From Bugula neritina (lineage: Eukaryota > Animalia > Bryozoa), in NCBI GenBank assembly GCA_964035545.1, contig OZ037767.1, positions 5,596,707 through 5,660,706 of the forward strand: a DNA stretch of 64,000 nucleotides, given 5' to 3'. The position numbers and the translations under genes were made by a program. Position 1 is the first letter of the stretch. Each line of letters opens with the position of its first letter. The notes under the pieces are model-generated. The model was not told where the DNA came from and did not search any database. It saw only the letters and a program-made list of their open reading frames with translations. This document shows, piece by piece, positions 13,366-26,900 of this stretch.

Positions 13366-16300
13366 ATGTCTTTTCACCGTCCACCGCCCATGGGAAACAT
13401 GGGATTTGGTTTTCAAGGTCCACCTCCTATGAGAGGTAATTCAAAACTTGTTTTATCTCCTTTAAATGTTGCCACATTAGGATAATTAACTGTTGGTATT
13501 TAACTTTTCCTAGCGTAAGCATACATGTTTCAATGTTTTTCTAGGAATGATGATGGGTAATAGGGGACCACCACCACCAATGAATAGACCTCCTATGACC
13601 AATGGGCCACCAATGATGCCAAGAGTAGGCGTACATGGTTTTATAGGCTGTTGCACAGAATTGTCTTACTAGAATATTTAATTGTGAATGTCTTATATAC
13701 ATTACATGCCTTCTCTGTTGTATTTGTAGCCTCATATAGTAGCTCGGCCTAATTTACCTCAGCAAATGGTGAATAAAGCTAAGCTTGTCCCTCAAGAAAT
13801 AGGAGATGTTGAGGTGAATAGATCTTTCTCGCTCAAAGCCACGTAAACTAAAACTGACATAGAATTGATGTAAAGAATTTTTTTGACGCATTGTATTACA
13901 TTTTTGCGTACATTGTTTAGGATGGAGAGATAGCTAAGCCACCAGTGACCACAGTTTTTGTAGGAAGCATATCGGAGAGAGCTCCTGATAACATGATCAG
14001 GACGTTATTGCAAGTAAGTGAGCCATTTCCTGGTACCTTCAGTGCAGTGAATCTAAAGGGAAGATATGTTGATTCAGTTAATCATTAACCTGTTACAAGA
14101 TTTGTTGCCCTCAAAGCAGTGTCAAATCTTCAGTTTTCCCTTCAATCAGTTAGCAAGGTTTTCTCTTTGACAGAGGTGTGGCAATATAGTTAGCTGGAAG
14201 CGCGTTCAGGGTGCTGATGGGAAGCTCCAAGCTTTTGGGTTCTGTGAATTTGAAGTCCCCGAGGCTACAATGAGGTGTATGAGACTTTTAAATGAGTGGC
14301 CAATTGCTGACAAAAAGCTGGTGGTGAGTAGCTTATAAGGCAATACTTTATAATATATTATTTATAACTCACGCAAGTTTATAGTCCTTGTGAGAAAACC
14401 CCTGATAGAAAGGGTTTTTGTTTAATCAGGCTAAAGACCTATTTAGATGGGGCACAGGTGCAATTATGACTGGATGCTCTTCCTAACATTACCGATGGCC
14501 TTTGTCCTGACTCAAACCTATGACTTCGTGTTTACTAGGCAAACGCTCAAACCCCTAGACCACCACTGCTCCCTATCTTTAGTATATTTGTGGTATTCTA
14601 ATATTATGTTTAACTATGTAATATTTAAGGAAGAAACTGACATGCTGATGTTTAAACCCTTGCAGCACCAACTTGCTCAGCATTGTAGAGTCAGCCTTTT
14701 CATTGCTATGCTGCCTCTGCACTACCATTACGCTGCCAGGCTGTTTTTTTATTGGCTTTTATTCATGTCAACTATGCTGGTTGCAGGTAAAAGTAGATGA
14801 TAAAACAAAGGCAATGCTGGAGGAGTATGAGAAAACTCACGTTACCGAAGAAGACGAGGTGAAACGAGAAGACCGGCTCGCTCTGGCTGCTCTCGACGCA
14901 GTCATGAGAGAGTTTGCAGCTGAGCTGAGACGCACTGCACCTTCTCAACAGAGCCAGCTGCCGAGGCATCCCAGAGAGCAGTTTGGGGTGGTGAGCAGCG
15001 GACCCAAAGCAGACGAAGTAAGATAACTCCCTGATCATTTGCTTGCGTTAATCTGAGTTTATTGAGTGTCACAAAGTTGGGATACGTGTGACGGTTCTTT
15101 TAGAAATATCATAATTTCTCTGTCAGAATGAGAGTTGAGATCTCCTGTTATGGTAGATAACAGTCGAATATTGTTTATTCTGGTATCTAAGAATTTTATT
15201 ACTGAACCGTCACAATATTCTAATTTTGTCACAAAAAGCTGCCAAGGTTCAAATAAACATCTAAATGAGTTGAAAGATGTATAAATAAATAATAAAAAAA
15301 AAACAATCGTGTGTAAATAAAAAAACCAATTTGTGTGTAATTTAGTTGCCTTATTTACACGGTTCATTTGTTAGATCTTTGGTAGCAGTAATGGCCGACT
15401 CCTAACCCACAAATACTGCCAGGTCTAACTGGTCTGGTGTTAACTCTTGTAGGGTTTAGATGGCGTTGTAAAGGATGAAGATGCGAAGAATCTGATAAGT
15501 AGAGAAATTAATAGATTTAGAGAGGCTTATAAGGTAAAGTTTTTTGATAGCTTCTTGAAACAATATCTGATTGGTGAAGTTTACATGAACTTCCTACTTT
15601 CAACTGTCATAATAACCGAGGTTTTTGCGCCCTTATATAGATTTTCATCTACGTATGTCCGCCACTATGCATATGGGGAGCGTACAGTGGCGGGCAATGC
15701 TGGAGAAGTAGCTGCTACTATGTTGATAAATTGTAGGCTTTGATTTGTTCATCTATTCTAATGAGGTATGTGCCAACGTAGTCTCTTTGTAGCTCAGCTG
15801 AGTCTTGGTATGGCTTGCTGGTAAGTCTATATTATGTAATAATCAGTTTAATAGTCGGGACGTCTGAGTAGGTATCCTATGTAGACATAGCTCTGTAGTC
15901 TCGGGTTTGCAACCTAAGTTTTGGGACATGAGAATAAAAAACTGACATTTCAAAAAAATCTTTTCTTGAACTTGTTTTGTAAAATATCTAACAGTTTCAA
16001 ACTTGCTGCTATGTATTCCTGCCCAAAAGCTATTCGGCGATTTTTCAAGACTTCTTTTATATTTCTAACTTGAAATACTTTGCCTCGTATTTGAATGCTC
16101 ACAACTTTATCAGGGTATTCTATTTAGTTGCAACTGAATAGAAAACCCTGAGAGTTTACATGTTGTATTATACATTGTCATATACGTTGAGTTTGTTGAC
16201 ACGGTAAGTAAAGTGAGTGTAAGTAAGTACACATGAGAGTCACGGCACGCTGTCACAGGTTAGTGACTCTACTTACACAGTTGATACTTCCATTAGTTAG

Positions 16301-19300
16301 TCTAAATGTCACGTTCTGGAGACTGTCTCAGGTTTGGTGTCATTCCTACCTTACCGCATTGAGTTATTCATTGTTTTGTGCTATGCTGTTTCTTGTGTTT
16401 AAATTATTATGAATATCTGTGTTTGTCTTTTATGAACTTTCCAAGATAAAAGTTGAGACAGAATTGTAACTGCACAGATGTCTTCTTCAGGATGATGAAG
16501 TCGTTACGGAGATTAAACCCGGAACCAGAGATGGAAAATCTAAACCAGATAAACCGTCCGAGTCGTCTAGACGGCGCGAATCTCCAGAGAGACGATCTAG
16601 AGTAGAAAAAGAGAGAAGTGGCAGGAACGAGAAGACAGAACGGGCAGGTGATAGAGACCGCAAGATGGCAGGGGAAGAGAAGGAGGACCGGCTAGCTAGG
16701 TCTAGGAGGTCTCGCTCAAGGTACAGTCTTCCAGCGCCACCCTAGTACACTCTAGCACTTCTCTAGTACAACCTTCTAGCACCACCTTAGTACACTCTAG
16801 CACCTCCATAGTACAGTCTAGCACCTCTCTAGTACAACCTTCTAGCACCTCCATAGTACAACCTTCTAGCACCTCTCTAGTACAACCTTCTAGCACCACC
16901 TTAGTACACTCTAGCACCTCCATAGTACAGTCTAGCACCTCCATAGTACAACCTTCTAGCACCTCTCTAGTACAACCTTCTAGCACCTCCATAGTACAAC
17001 CTTCTAGCACCTCCATAGTACAACCTTCTAGCACCTCTCTAGTACAACCTTCTAGCACCTCCATAGTACAACCTTCTAGCACCTCTCTAGTACAACCTTC
17101 TAGCACCACCATAGTACAGTCTATGCTCTGATATTGTAATATAGTGTAGACTCGGTACCAGAACTGGATACATCGGATATTGTTTAGTTATAACCAACTG
17201 GTTGAACTAATTTATTGCCACATGAAGTGATTAAGTTTCCACAAATATCATTATTTCAGTATATGTGAAACCTCTAAAACTCACTGTAACAAAGTTGGTA
17301 CAGTTGCTATTGTAATATTTATTTGAAGGTCTAAAGGAAGGGATGAACGTCGTTTAGAAAGGTCAAGGTCACCCCGGAAGAGGGAGGAGCCGGAAGAAGA
17401 TGCAGATGAAAGATACGAGCGACTTCGGCTAGAAAGACAACTCCGAGATAAGGAGCAGGCATATCAAGAGGTATGCTGACTACTGTACACTTTGCAGGTC
17501 ATTGTTTCATATACAACCTCTGGCATGGATGGCTGGTGTACAACACTGATGATGAGCTGAATACAGCACTAGTTTATTTCTAGTTTCTCATTATTCTTCA
17601 AGAAAATAGTTCTCTTAACTCAAAAGGAAGCAGTTTTTTTCTTTGTGTCTAGTATTTATTAAGGCCAGACTGTAGTAATGTATGATGCAGTTTTTGGTAC
17701 TGTGGTCACACTGCTCTAAAACAGCCATATGCTTGTGAAATATAAACTATGGCACAATAATCACTGTACAGTTTATTATTTAAAGACTATGTAAATGTTC
17801 TGTTGATATTTCCTTGGTTACCATGCTGAGATCTGCTATTTCAACATTGAAAGTTATTTATGTTCAGAGATTGAAAAACTGGGAAGTAAGAGAGCGAAAG
17901 AAGATACGAGAGTTTGAGAGAGATCGGCAGCGGTCAGAGGAGAGGAAAGCAGAAGAGAAGAAGGAGGCACGGCGTCTGCGCGAGTTCCTTGAAGATTATG
18001 AAGATGATCGGGACGACTCCAAATACTACAAGTATGCAGCTTCTCCTGTTTCACACAATAATATTTTGTCTGACTGCAGTATGCGTATCTCCCCAGCTTT
18101 TGTACTCGTTGGGAGATAATTGTGTAGACAATTTAAATCTATAACAGTTGTTTTTCCCTGAATTGTGTTACAGTTTTCCAACAGTTATATATGTCCACCG
18201 CTTGATATAATCTTTGTGAACAGGTCGCACGCGCTGAATAGACGCATGAAAGAGCGTGAGAAAGAGGCTGAGGCAGATGCCAGAGACCGGCACAAGGAAA
18301 AGGAGGAGCTGGAAGAACTGAGGAAGAAATTGGTGGAAGAGGGTCACCCAGATCCCGACAGCGAGATTAATAGGCGACAGAATCCCAGCAAAGCAGTGGT
18401 GGTTATTGCTGACAGCCCGGAGCAGGCACCTCCTGACATGGTAACCTTTAAGGCAGCGTATCTTGTGGCATTGCGTAATAATGGTGATTTTGGTTAAACC
18501 TAAATTCAGACCTTATGATCAAAGAGTTAGTTTGTCTAAAGCGATCAATCAAAGTCAAAAGGATAAGTATAATGTCTAGGATATTTGTCAATGTTAAGTA
18601 AGAATAATATTAATGTTCCAATTCAATTTTTTTTCATTATTAGAAATATTTATGTAACTATGCAGACTATGTCTAAACTTCTATACCTACTACCATAAGC
18701 TATGCCTACGAGTAAAATCTTTATGAATAGATAACCTTTTTTGTCAATTTAATACTTCAACTGAATGTTATACTTATGCCAGCAGGAAGATGGTTTGGCA
18801 GAGAACCATGTTGACGATTCCAGCTACACTCACACTAACTCCGTACCACAAGATTCTACAGATAATGGTTACATCTCTCACAATAGTAATATCAGTACGT
18901 CTTGTTGTTTGAGCTATTTTTGCTACAGTCGAGTTATGAAGCCATCATATTGCACCTATTCATCTGATATTCTCATGTGTCCTTGGTAGTTTCTGTTTAT
19001 TTCCACTTGTTGAGCAGCTATTCCCCCTGCTGTGGTTACATATGAAGCAAAATGTAAAATGATTGCTGTTAGAAAACGATCAAAATGTAGAATGATTGCT
19101 GTTAGAAAACGATCAAAATGTAGAATGATTGCCGTTAGAAAATGATCAAAATGAAAAACCCAGACACAGCCAACACAGACTCAGCACACCACTCTGTTTA
19201 TTATGGCCATATTTGCTTCTACCCATTAGGCTAATTAGCTATCGATGTGCTTGTGATAATACTGATGGGTTGTGTATGCATTACCACTTTTTCTCCTTTT

Positions 19301-20616
19301 ATTCTTATTCAATACATATGTTTTGTTTTGTCCTTTTCCTGGTGTAGGAATACTTTTTTCTAACTTACCTTTGTTCACATAGTTTAGTCTTACCATTTGT
19401 CGGTTGATGATACTCCCAGGTTCATCGCTGAGTGCAGAAAAATTAGAGATGCAGAAAAGGAAGCGGTTGACGGTGAAAGACGTTTTCAATAATGAAGATG
19501 ATAAGTCTGAGAATCGAAAAGGGAGACCTCTAGTGCCACTAGGTACCTCATGCTAACTTTACTTGTGTTGAACTCTATATGTCAATTTATGGTGTTTCAT
19601 ATTTCAAACTTATACAACACTCAGATTGAGTTAAATCAGTCTTAACATAGTTTCAGTTTTATTGCAATACTGTAATTTAAAACTTAATCTAGTTTAACAT
19701 CACCAATTAGCTACATACATGCTAAAATATGCATTTTGTTTTTTTTTACATTGAATATCTGTTATTGAAATGCCAGTTATTGAATGATTTGGACGTTCAT
19801 AACATATTTGCTATTTGCTGTCTGTAGATTATGAAGCAAAAAAGCCAGCTGAGTTGACAGTAGAAGACAAAAGGGCAGCAATAAAGCAGTTGATTGAACG
19901 AATACCAACAGACAAACTGGAGTTGTTTGCTTGGCCTCTGGACTGGGACCAAGTTGACAAGGTAATTATTACACTGCAGAGTGCTCCAATTCGCATAACC
20001 TAATGTACTGCTCTACAGGCAAAATTACATATCATGAAATCAAAATCAATCTCCAAACAAAACAAAAAAATGATTTGAAATATTATTGGCAGCGGCCATT
20101 TAAATTTTTTTATACAAAATACTTTGCATTTGGATTGTAGACATTACTCGACAGCCGTATCAAGCCGTGGGTGAATAAAAAGATATCTGAATATATTGGC
20201 GAGGAGGAAGCAACTCTCACGGAGTTTATATGCCAGAAAGTAATGGGAAGAAGCTCTGCTCAAAGTATTCTCACTGACGTCGCAATGGTGAGAGCTATTT
20301 ACCTGTTGTATGGTACTGAGGGCTTAGGTTGTATAGAATTGAAAAGATGTGCTGTAATGTCTTTTAAGAACACCAATAGTGTTTCTGTGAAACCAATCTA
20401 ATTTAGGAAAAAACTGTTACTGCACAGATAAATTAGTGCGCTATATTACCAGGCTAGCCTAAAATCAGCTGTAACCATTTAAACCTCTGTATATTCACAA
20501 TGCCTAATTTGTTATTTACACAGGTATTAGATGATGAAGCACAGACCTTTGTTATGAAAATGTGGAGGTTGTTAGTATACGAAACAGAGGCTAAAAAGGC
20601 TGGATTAGTAAAATGA
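13366..20616 (+). CDS. RBM25: RNA-binding protein 25 (Pro-rich N-terminus, RRM, Arg/Glu-rich region, PWI domain)
   Basis: MSFHRPPPMG... start; RRM exons TTVFVGSISERAPDNMIRTLLQ / RCGNIVSWKRVQGADGKLQAFGFCEFE; RLKNWEVRERKK...FLEDYEDDRDDSKYYK; PWI domain IKQLIERIPTDKLELFAWPLDW...IKPWVNKKISEYIGEEEATLTEFIC...VLDDEAQTFVMKMWRLLVYETEAKKAGLVK*. Confidence 0.97.
14366..14573 (-). mobile_element. tRNA-derived SINE, copy 1 (RBM25 intron, antisense)
   Basis: Minus-strand head GGGAGCAGTGGTGGTCTAGGGG...GGTTTGAGTC has A/B-box-like motifs, followed by a central GTTAGGAAGAGCATCC. Homologous copies lie at 54051-54264 and 62003-62180. Confidence 0.75.
16720..17122. repeat. 18/21-bp minisatellite (ctagcacct[c/a]..tagtacaaccttc) starting at an RBM25 splice donor
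   Basis: About 19 tandem units; explains the spurious ORF 16702..17112. Confidence 0.92.
19049..19153. repeat. ~32-bp tandem repeat x3 (aaaatgtagaatgattgctgttagaaaacgatc)
   Basis: Directly visible tandem copies in an RBM25 intron. Confidence 0.85.
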
Positions 20617-20982
20617 TGGCTCATGACAGTGTGACTGTGCGTTGTTTTCTGGACTCAGCTTCTTTGCCATATTTTGTTACCGGTTTTCCCGTGGCACTCA
20701 TGGTTGATTGTCTTGTAAATTTTGTATATAATATATTTTCAAACTTCTATGGCCTTTTTGATAAAATTGGGTGTAAATAAATGGGGCTTTATGTCAAACG
20801 ACTTGTAAAATCCTTTTGTAATTAATTAACAATTAATTATTTAATAACAAACCAGCATGTAATGGCATGCATACAGTGTGTTCCGAAACAATATTTTAAA
20901 ACCTCAGTTTCAGTAAAAAATATAAATAGTGATACTTTGAAAAGTAGATGTGCAGCCCCCACATAAAATAGAAATATGTTGA

Positions 20983-23900
20983 TCACTGTGTTTTGCATTC
21001 TGGTTCTTCTGCCTCTAAGTTCAATGGCTCCACTGGAGCTGCTGTATTGGCTTGATGGTCACCTAAAGCTACAAAATATGCATTCGGGTGGTAACCAGCA
21101 GTATGACTATCACATTCTGATTAAACTGTTGAAAGTCAATCTGCTGTCTCAATTACAGTAAAGTAGTTGGGACAGTTATTTGTGGTTAGCCACCTGGTTG
21201 AATAACAGTTAAATTTACCACAAATTTGTATGAATAAATCTTTAGGAATCTTTTGCACCAGTGAAAAATATAAAGTAACTGCTGAATTACCGGATGTGCA
21301 AGCAGTGGGAACTGAGGAGGAATTTAGTGTAGCTGCACCAGCCAGTGTAGATGCCCCAAATGTTGATTGCTCTTTGCTTTCATTGGCCACAAGCTTGTCG
21401 TATTTGTGTCTCAAATGAATATATTTTGTCCTCAGCTTGTCCAACACTGATTCCAATTGTTTATTTTTTTGATTCAATCCAAATACTTCAGATTCTAGAC
21501 TCTATTAAAAGAGTTGGCAAGCATTATGAAGAGAAGATTTTCACAGTAACCATCTAATACTATATACAATTATTGGATCTTCCAAGCTCACCTTGATTTG
21601 AAATCGAGTGCTTAAGTTCAAATTAGAGGAACTTTCATCAGGGAAGGCTACCTGTGACTTCAATTTCTCCCTTTCATGGTAAAGTTCCTGTTCTGTCCTC
21701 TGGAACAAGTCTGTCACTGCAACACAGATATACAAACTTATGCACAGTCCTAACACAACAGTATAGAACAAGAAATAACTCGGCAAACTGTGGTAGGAAC
21801 TTACATTTTTTGTGTTCTTCAGTCAACTCGTAATGCTTTTGTTTAAGTTGATGAATTTCTTCCATTAGCTTTGGTATCCTGCAGAAAAATAGATAGACCG
21901 TTAGTGTCTATTTCGGATAACATCACATAACTTGTAACAAGATTTCTAAATTTATTTAAGAGTATGCAAGGCCAATGTTATAGTATAAACTTTTTCAGTG
22001 GCTTCGAAAGCTCCATGTGACCAAACTTAAACACCATTGCCCCAATTTAACTAGTAGTTTGCTGGTCGCAAGCATACATTAAAAAGCACAAGCAACAAAT
22101 TTGAATGAGTAGAATTAAAATAAAACTGATGAAAAGATTTGCCATCTAAATCTGCCCTTCATCCATGCCTGGTGAAAATTAGGAACATTTATCGAGGCAC
22201 AAAAATCAACATCATTTAGAAACTGCTTACTGTTTGAGCTCTTTTTTCAACTTTATATTCTCGCACTCAAGACCGGCTTTGTCAGATTCCAAGTCTATAA
22301 TTTTCATGTGCTGCTTCTTTCTCAAGTGCTGACCTGCATGCAAATCTTACAGTCAGTTAAACTGAAAGTACTAGTACAAGTAAAGAGCTCATTTATAGAG
22401 AAAACATCAAAAGTATTACCAGTTTTACTTGAACTAAATATTAGTAGAGAAATAAAGTAAAAAGAAATAAAATAGGTAAAAGTAATTTACACGACAAATC
22501 TCTTCAAACTATCTTGGTGCGTGTATTGTGCTCATAAACATTAAATTTAGTTAAAACTTACATTCTTATCGCGAAAACATTTGAAACTTCATTAATGTGT
22601 TACACCCTACACTTTTAAGAGAGAGCTTATGGTACAAGTAAAATCTTTTTTTCACTTTGAAAAACTGCAAGTCAGCGAAATTTAAAACACGCTGCCAGAA
22701 GGTAGCAGTTGGAGTCGTATTACTACAACAGCCATGAAATTATTTTATAGCAGTTATCCCCACATATATATAAAATCTTAATCCCAATAGAAATTCAAAC
22801 ACGCCATGCGGATACAATTCTATGCATATACCATTTACCAAATAGTACTCATAGACCCGTTACTTTTTCTCACCTAACTCTGCTTCGCTCTGTTCGGGTA
22901 GACCTGTTACTTATTTAGGGTTACACTTACAGGTTGACCACCTAGTTTACTACCCTCTCCCAACATATGCACTACTCACAGAGTCCACCCTTGCTCTCTG
23001 GTCCAGGAGGAAGAGAGTCAGGCCCTTTTATGTGCAGAGGCTTGGCCTTTTCAGCAGAAACTTCTTCCGCTGCAGCTGACTTGACATGCTGTAATTACAC
23101 ACAGGAATGTGACAAGAAGGTTTATCTTGATCTGGTGAGAATATCAGCTACAAGGACTATGTACCATTTCTATAGATCAGAAAAGATGCATATACAAAAG
23201 AGAAAAAAAGTTGAATAAAAATTGGAGGAATAGTATAGAAAAGGAACAGCTGTACGGGTAGTATGCAAAAGTACAACTGGAGTTACCTCGGGTATGTGTC
23301 TACGAATTCCTTCCATCAGGTTATCTATATTCCAGCTGTCGTAGCCCAGGACCTCTTCACCAAACTGTTAAAAGCAACAAGTGACACATAAAAAAGTCAT
23401 GGCATTTGAACGGCGCAAAACAGAATAGACAGCTGGTCTTTAATGGTGTGTGTACGTGTGTGTGAGCGGTATGTGCGTGTGTGTGTGCATAGTGTGCATG
23501 TGTGTGGTGGGTAGCATGTGAAGGCCACAACAAAGCAGGCAATAACAGTGTGCAGTAAATGATTGATAAATTAAAATACTAAAATTTTATTCAATTAAAT
23601 TTTACAAGCATATATGTGCTTTTTGAGAAGTAAAAGGTCACATGTTAGCAACTCCTTAGTACAATACCACAATGCCGTGTAGACACAAAAGGCACATACT
23701 GAAACACATCTTACCAACTGGATCTTGTCGTCAATCTCATTAAGTTCGTCGTGATACCTCTCACTGTCCCTCTTATATCCCTCCTCGGACTCTCTGGCGT
23801 CCCTCACCTCCCCTTCTGGGTTAGCGAGTCTCGACTAAATGACGCAGAATATAACAAATATTACTTACTTGGTCTTGCACAAAGTAATCACCTACTATTT

Positions 23901-26900
23901 TAAGAAAATAAAGTTCAGACATTATTCTGCTTTCTTTTTATACAAGACATATTCCAACTTTACTTAAAATTGTGCTAGTTTCAAATGTCCATTATGAAAT
24001 TAGAATACAAAATAAAATGTAGTTAAGGATTTATAAGTCTTTGCTTGCACTACATTTGATTGTCTTTACTGTACAGAGTATAAATCTATTACATTTAGAC
24101 ACATAAACCAAGAACAGAACCTCAAAGCTATTAATAGGTCTCCTTTTGTGTCTTAAAACACTATGAAGCAAAACAATTAAGAAAATTCTAACAGCCCAGT
24201 TATTAGAAACATCAGCTTGTCACATGCCCAGCCACCAGAATGCTGCTGAAAATATTAAAATGGCAGCCCATCGTCATGCAAAGAGTAAAAGTACATAAAA
24301 TTAACTGAATAATTAAACTGAAGAACTAAACTGAAAAGCTAAATTAAAAAACTCAAGGACTAAACCATGGGTGTTCAACCTTTTTTGGGAAAAAGCCGCA
24401 AAAACAACTTGAGCGACCAAAAAGGCCACTAGAAAATTCAGTGTCAATTTCACTGTCAAAACCCTCCATATATCATTAATTAAAGCCTATTTTCAAATTT
24501 ATATGCATTTATTTTGTTTTTAAAAACAGATCCAGGAGAATAACTTGATTTGTTCAGGAAACTAAGCCTTTTTTTGTACATTGAACAAAGCACAGTATGG
24601 TTTGATAATTTGGTTTAATGTCTGATGCCGATATGTGAAGAATATCGCCCAGATAGAAGTTCGTTAGCCTCATTCTGAATCTACTCTGAGCATACCACAT
24701 TTGAGAGAATAACTGTTTACATCAATATGTGCTAGCAGTCATGATTCATATAGTAAACTTGAGAATTAGTGAAAAGCAAAATTTAGGAAGGATTGAAACT
24801 GAACTAAATTTTTATTTTACCAAGATACCAAAAGGCCAAATTTACCAGCTCAAAAGGCCGCCAAAAGTCAAAAGGTTGAGCATGGCTGGACTAAACGAGC
24901 CAACTGAAGAAATCAATATAAAACAGACAAACCTCTAGATGATCTATCATCATCTTTAATCTCTTATTCTCTCGTTTCTGCTTCTCAGCCCCGATAAGTT
25001 GTAATGAATATTTGCTTTTGAGTTCCTTGGTGATCTGCATAAGATAATATAATAGAAGTCACAGCAGCACAACTACCGCATGATGGATAGACTAGTTCAC
25101 TAAATAGAACTCGGCTGATAGTGTTATCTCAAATACTAACCAAAACAACTCACTCAAAAATGCACGTGCTAAACTTCTAACGGCCTTGAACTTTGAGTAC
25201 ATTAGAGTGAGCACAGCTGCCGAGTCTAAACTTACTTGCTGACGCAATACTTCAACGTCATTGGACGAGAGCGGATCAGATGCATTGCTGGAGACAGATG
25301 TACTGGCAGAGTCAGCAGGTGTGTTGGCAGAGGCAGCAGGTGTGTTGGCAGGGTCAGCAGGTGTGTTGGCAGAGGCAGCAGGTGTGTTGGTAGAGGCAGC
25401 AGACATAGAAGATGCTGTTAGTCGAAGAATTTCCTCTTTGATCTCTTCTACTGTGCGCCCCACTTCCTTATAAAGTACTGAGCTAATCTATAGAAACAAA
25501 CAAAGTAAGACCTTCTACAACATTTGTGTCTAGAGAGCGAGGAAAACTGGGTGTTTTGACAGAATGAATATTTTCTTCTCGAAACAAATCAAGATAAAAA
25601 TATGTAATAGAGTAATAAACTATGCTCAGCCTGTTGCACAATTTTATCAGTATGAAAGTCATAAAGTACGGTTACCAACGCCTGGCACAATTTTACGAAC
25701 ATGGAGCTTGAAATGAACAGGTGTAACCCAATTTGTCAAATGTTAAACAGACTGTATCCATAACAAATATCATGAACCATCACCTCATTGAGATCTTTTT
25801 CATGTTGTTGGAGCTTTCCTTTGCAGGTTTTGTACTTCTCTACCAATTGACGTCTGTCAGCCAACGCTCCAACCATGTACTCATCAAGCTCCTGACATTT
25901 CTCATTATATATCTGGATAGGTACAGTCTCCACCTGTTATATGTCAGAGAAATGAAATGCTGACTAGACAGCATGCTGCCTTGCTTGCTACCTGTTGCCC
26001 CTAGCACTCCACGACGGGGCATTAAGGAAAACAGTGCAGTAGCAAATGTTGGGTTTATATTTAGAAAGTGGCAAACTGCAGAGCCAAGATGCTAGTGTTT
26101 ATTGCAAAATGGTGATACAAATTACTGGAAATATGGAGTAGACAACTTCCTATATCCACATGAGCGCTAAGCCTAGGGCCACACGGTGCGTATTTTCGCA
26201 TACGAAAATTGAAACCACAAGTAGCAAAGGTGTCTACTGTAGCGTCAGTGATGCGTGATAAATAAAGCTTTCATTTTTAAATCGCACTCGCTTTCAATAA
26301 AACGCAATTTACTGGAATGTAGCACTAAAATAAAGAAATTGGGCTCGCTGAATAACTACCAGCCAATTAGGTGACGACGACAGAGACGATTCGCACTTGC
26401 GTTGAGAATGCTGAGCGACAAGTGCGAATGTTTTCTCAACGCATACAGTGGACACCTTTGCTACTTGTGATTTCAATTTTCGCATGCGAAAATACGCACA
26501 GTGTGGCCCTAGGCTAAGTTAGACAGGTGTTCTGGGACATTGACTCCACTTGTACCATATGGATATGGAATACATACAAATATATACTTACTGATTGTGT
26601 ACTTTGATTTCCTTCTTTTTCATCTAAAAACACAAAAAAAATTTAAGAGATAATAAGAATGACTCAATGTATAGCCATAAGACTGATTTCAATAGCTATA
26701 AAAGTGATAAATTATGAATGTAAACACGTCATGCATATTCTACTAATCAGATAAAAAGAAATAGTCAATTATATTCTTCAGAAGACTGAGAACTCTCATC
26801 AATTCAAAAGCTAAGCACAGCAGCGCCTATACTTGGATAGTAACTTTAAACAGTTAGGACGCTGCTTATATATTACTTCACATGATATTGCAGCAAGCAA

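Noticed and set aside
15871-15879. U12-type 5' splice site (GTATCCTA) in the RBM25 intron
   Set aside because: A single imperfect match with no clear U12 branch point partner; could be chance.
16702-17112. 136-aa (EVLEGCT)n ORF
   Set aside because: Translation of an intronic minisatellite antisense to RBM25.
17546-17560. C/D box snoRNA (ATGATGA...CTGA) in an RBM25 intron
   Set aside because: The boxes are only a few nt apart, with no terminal stem or guide region.
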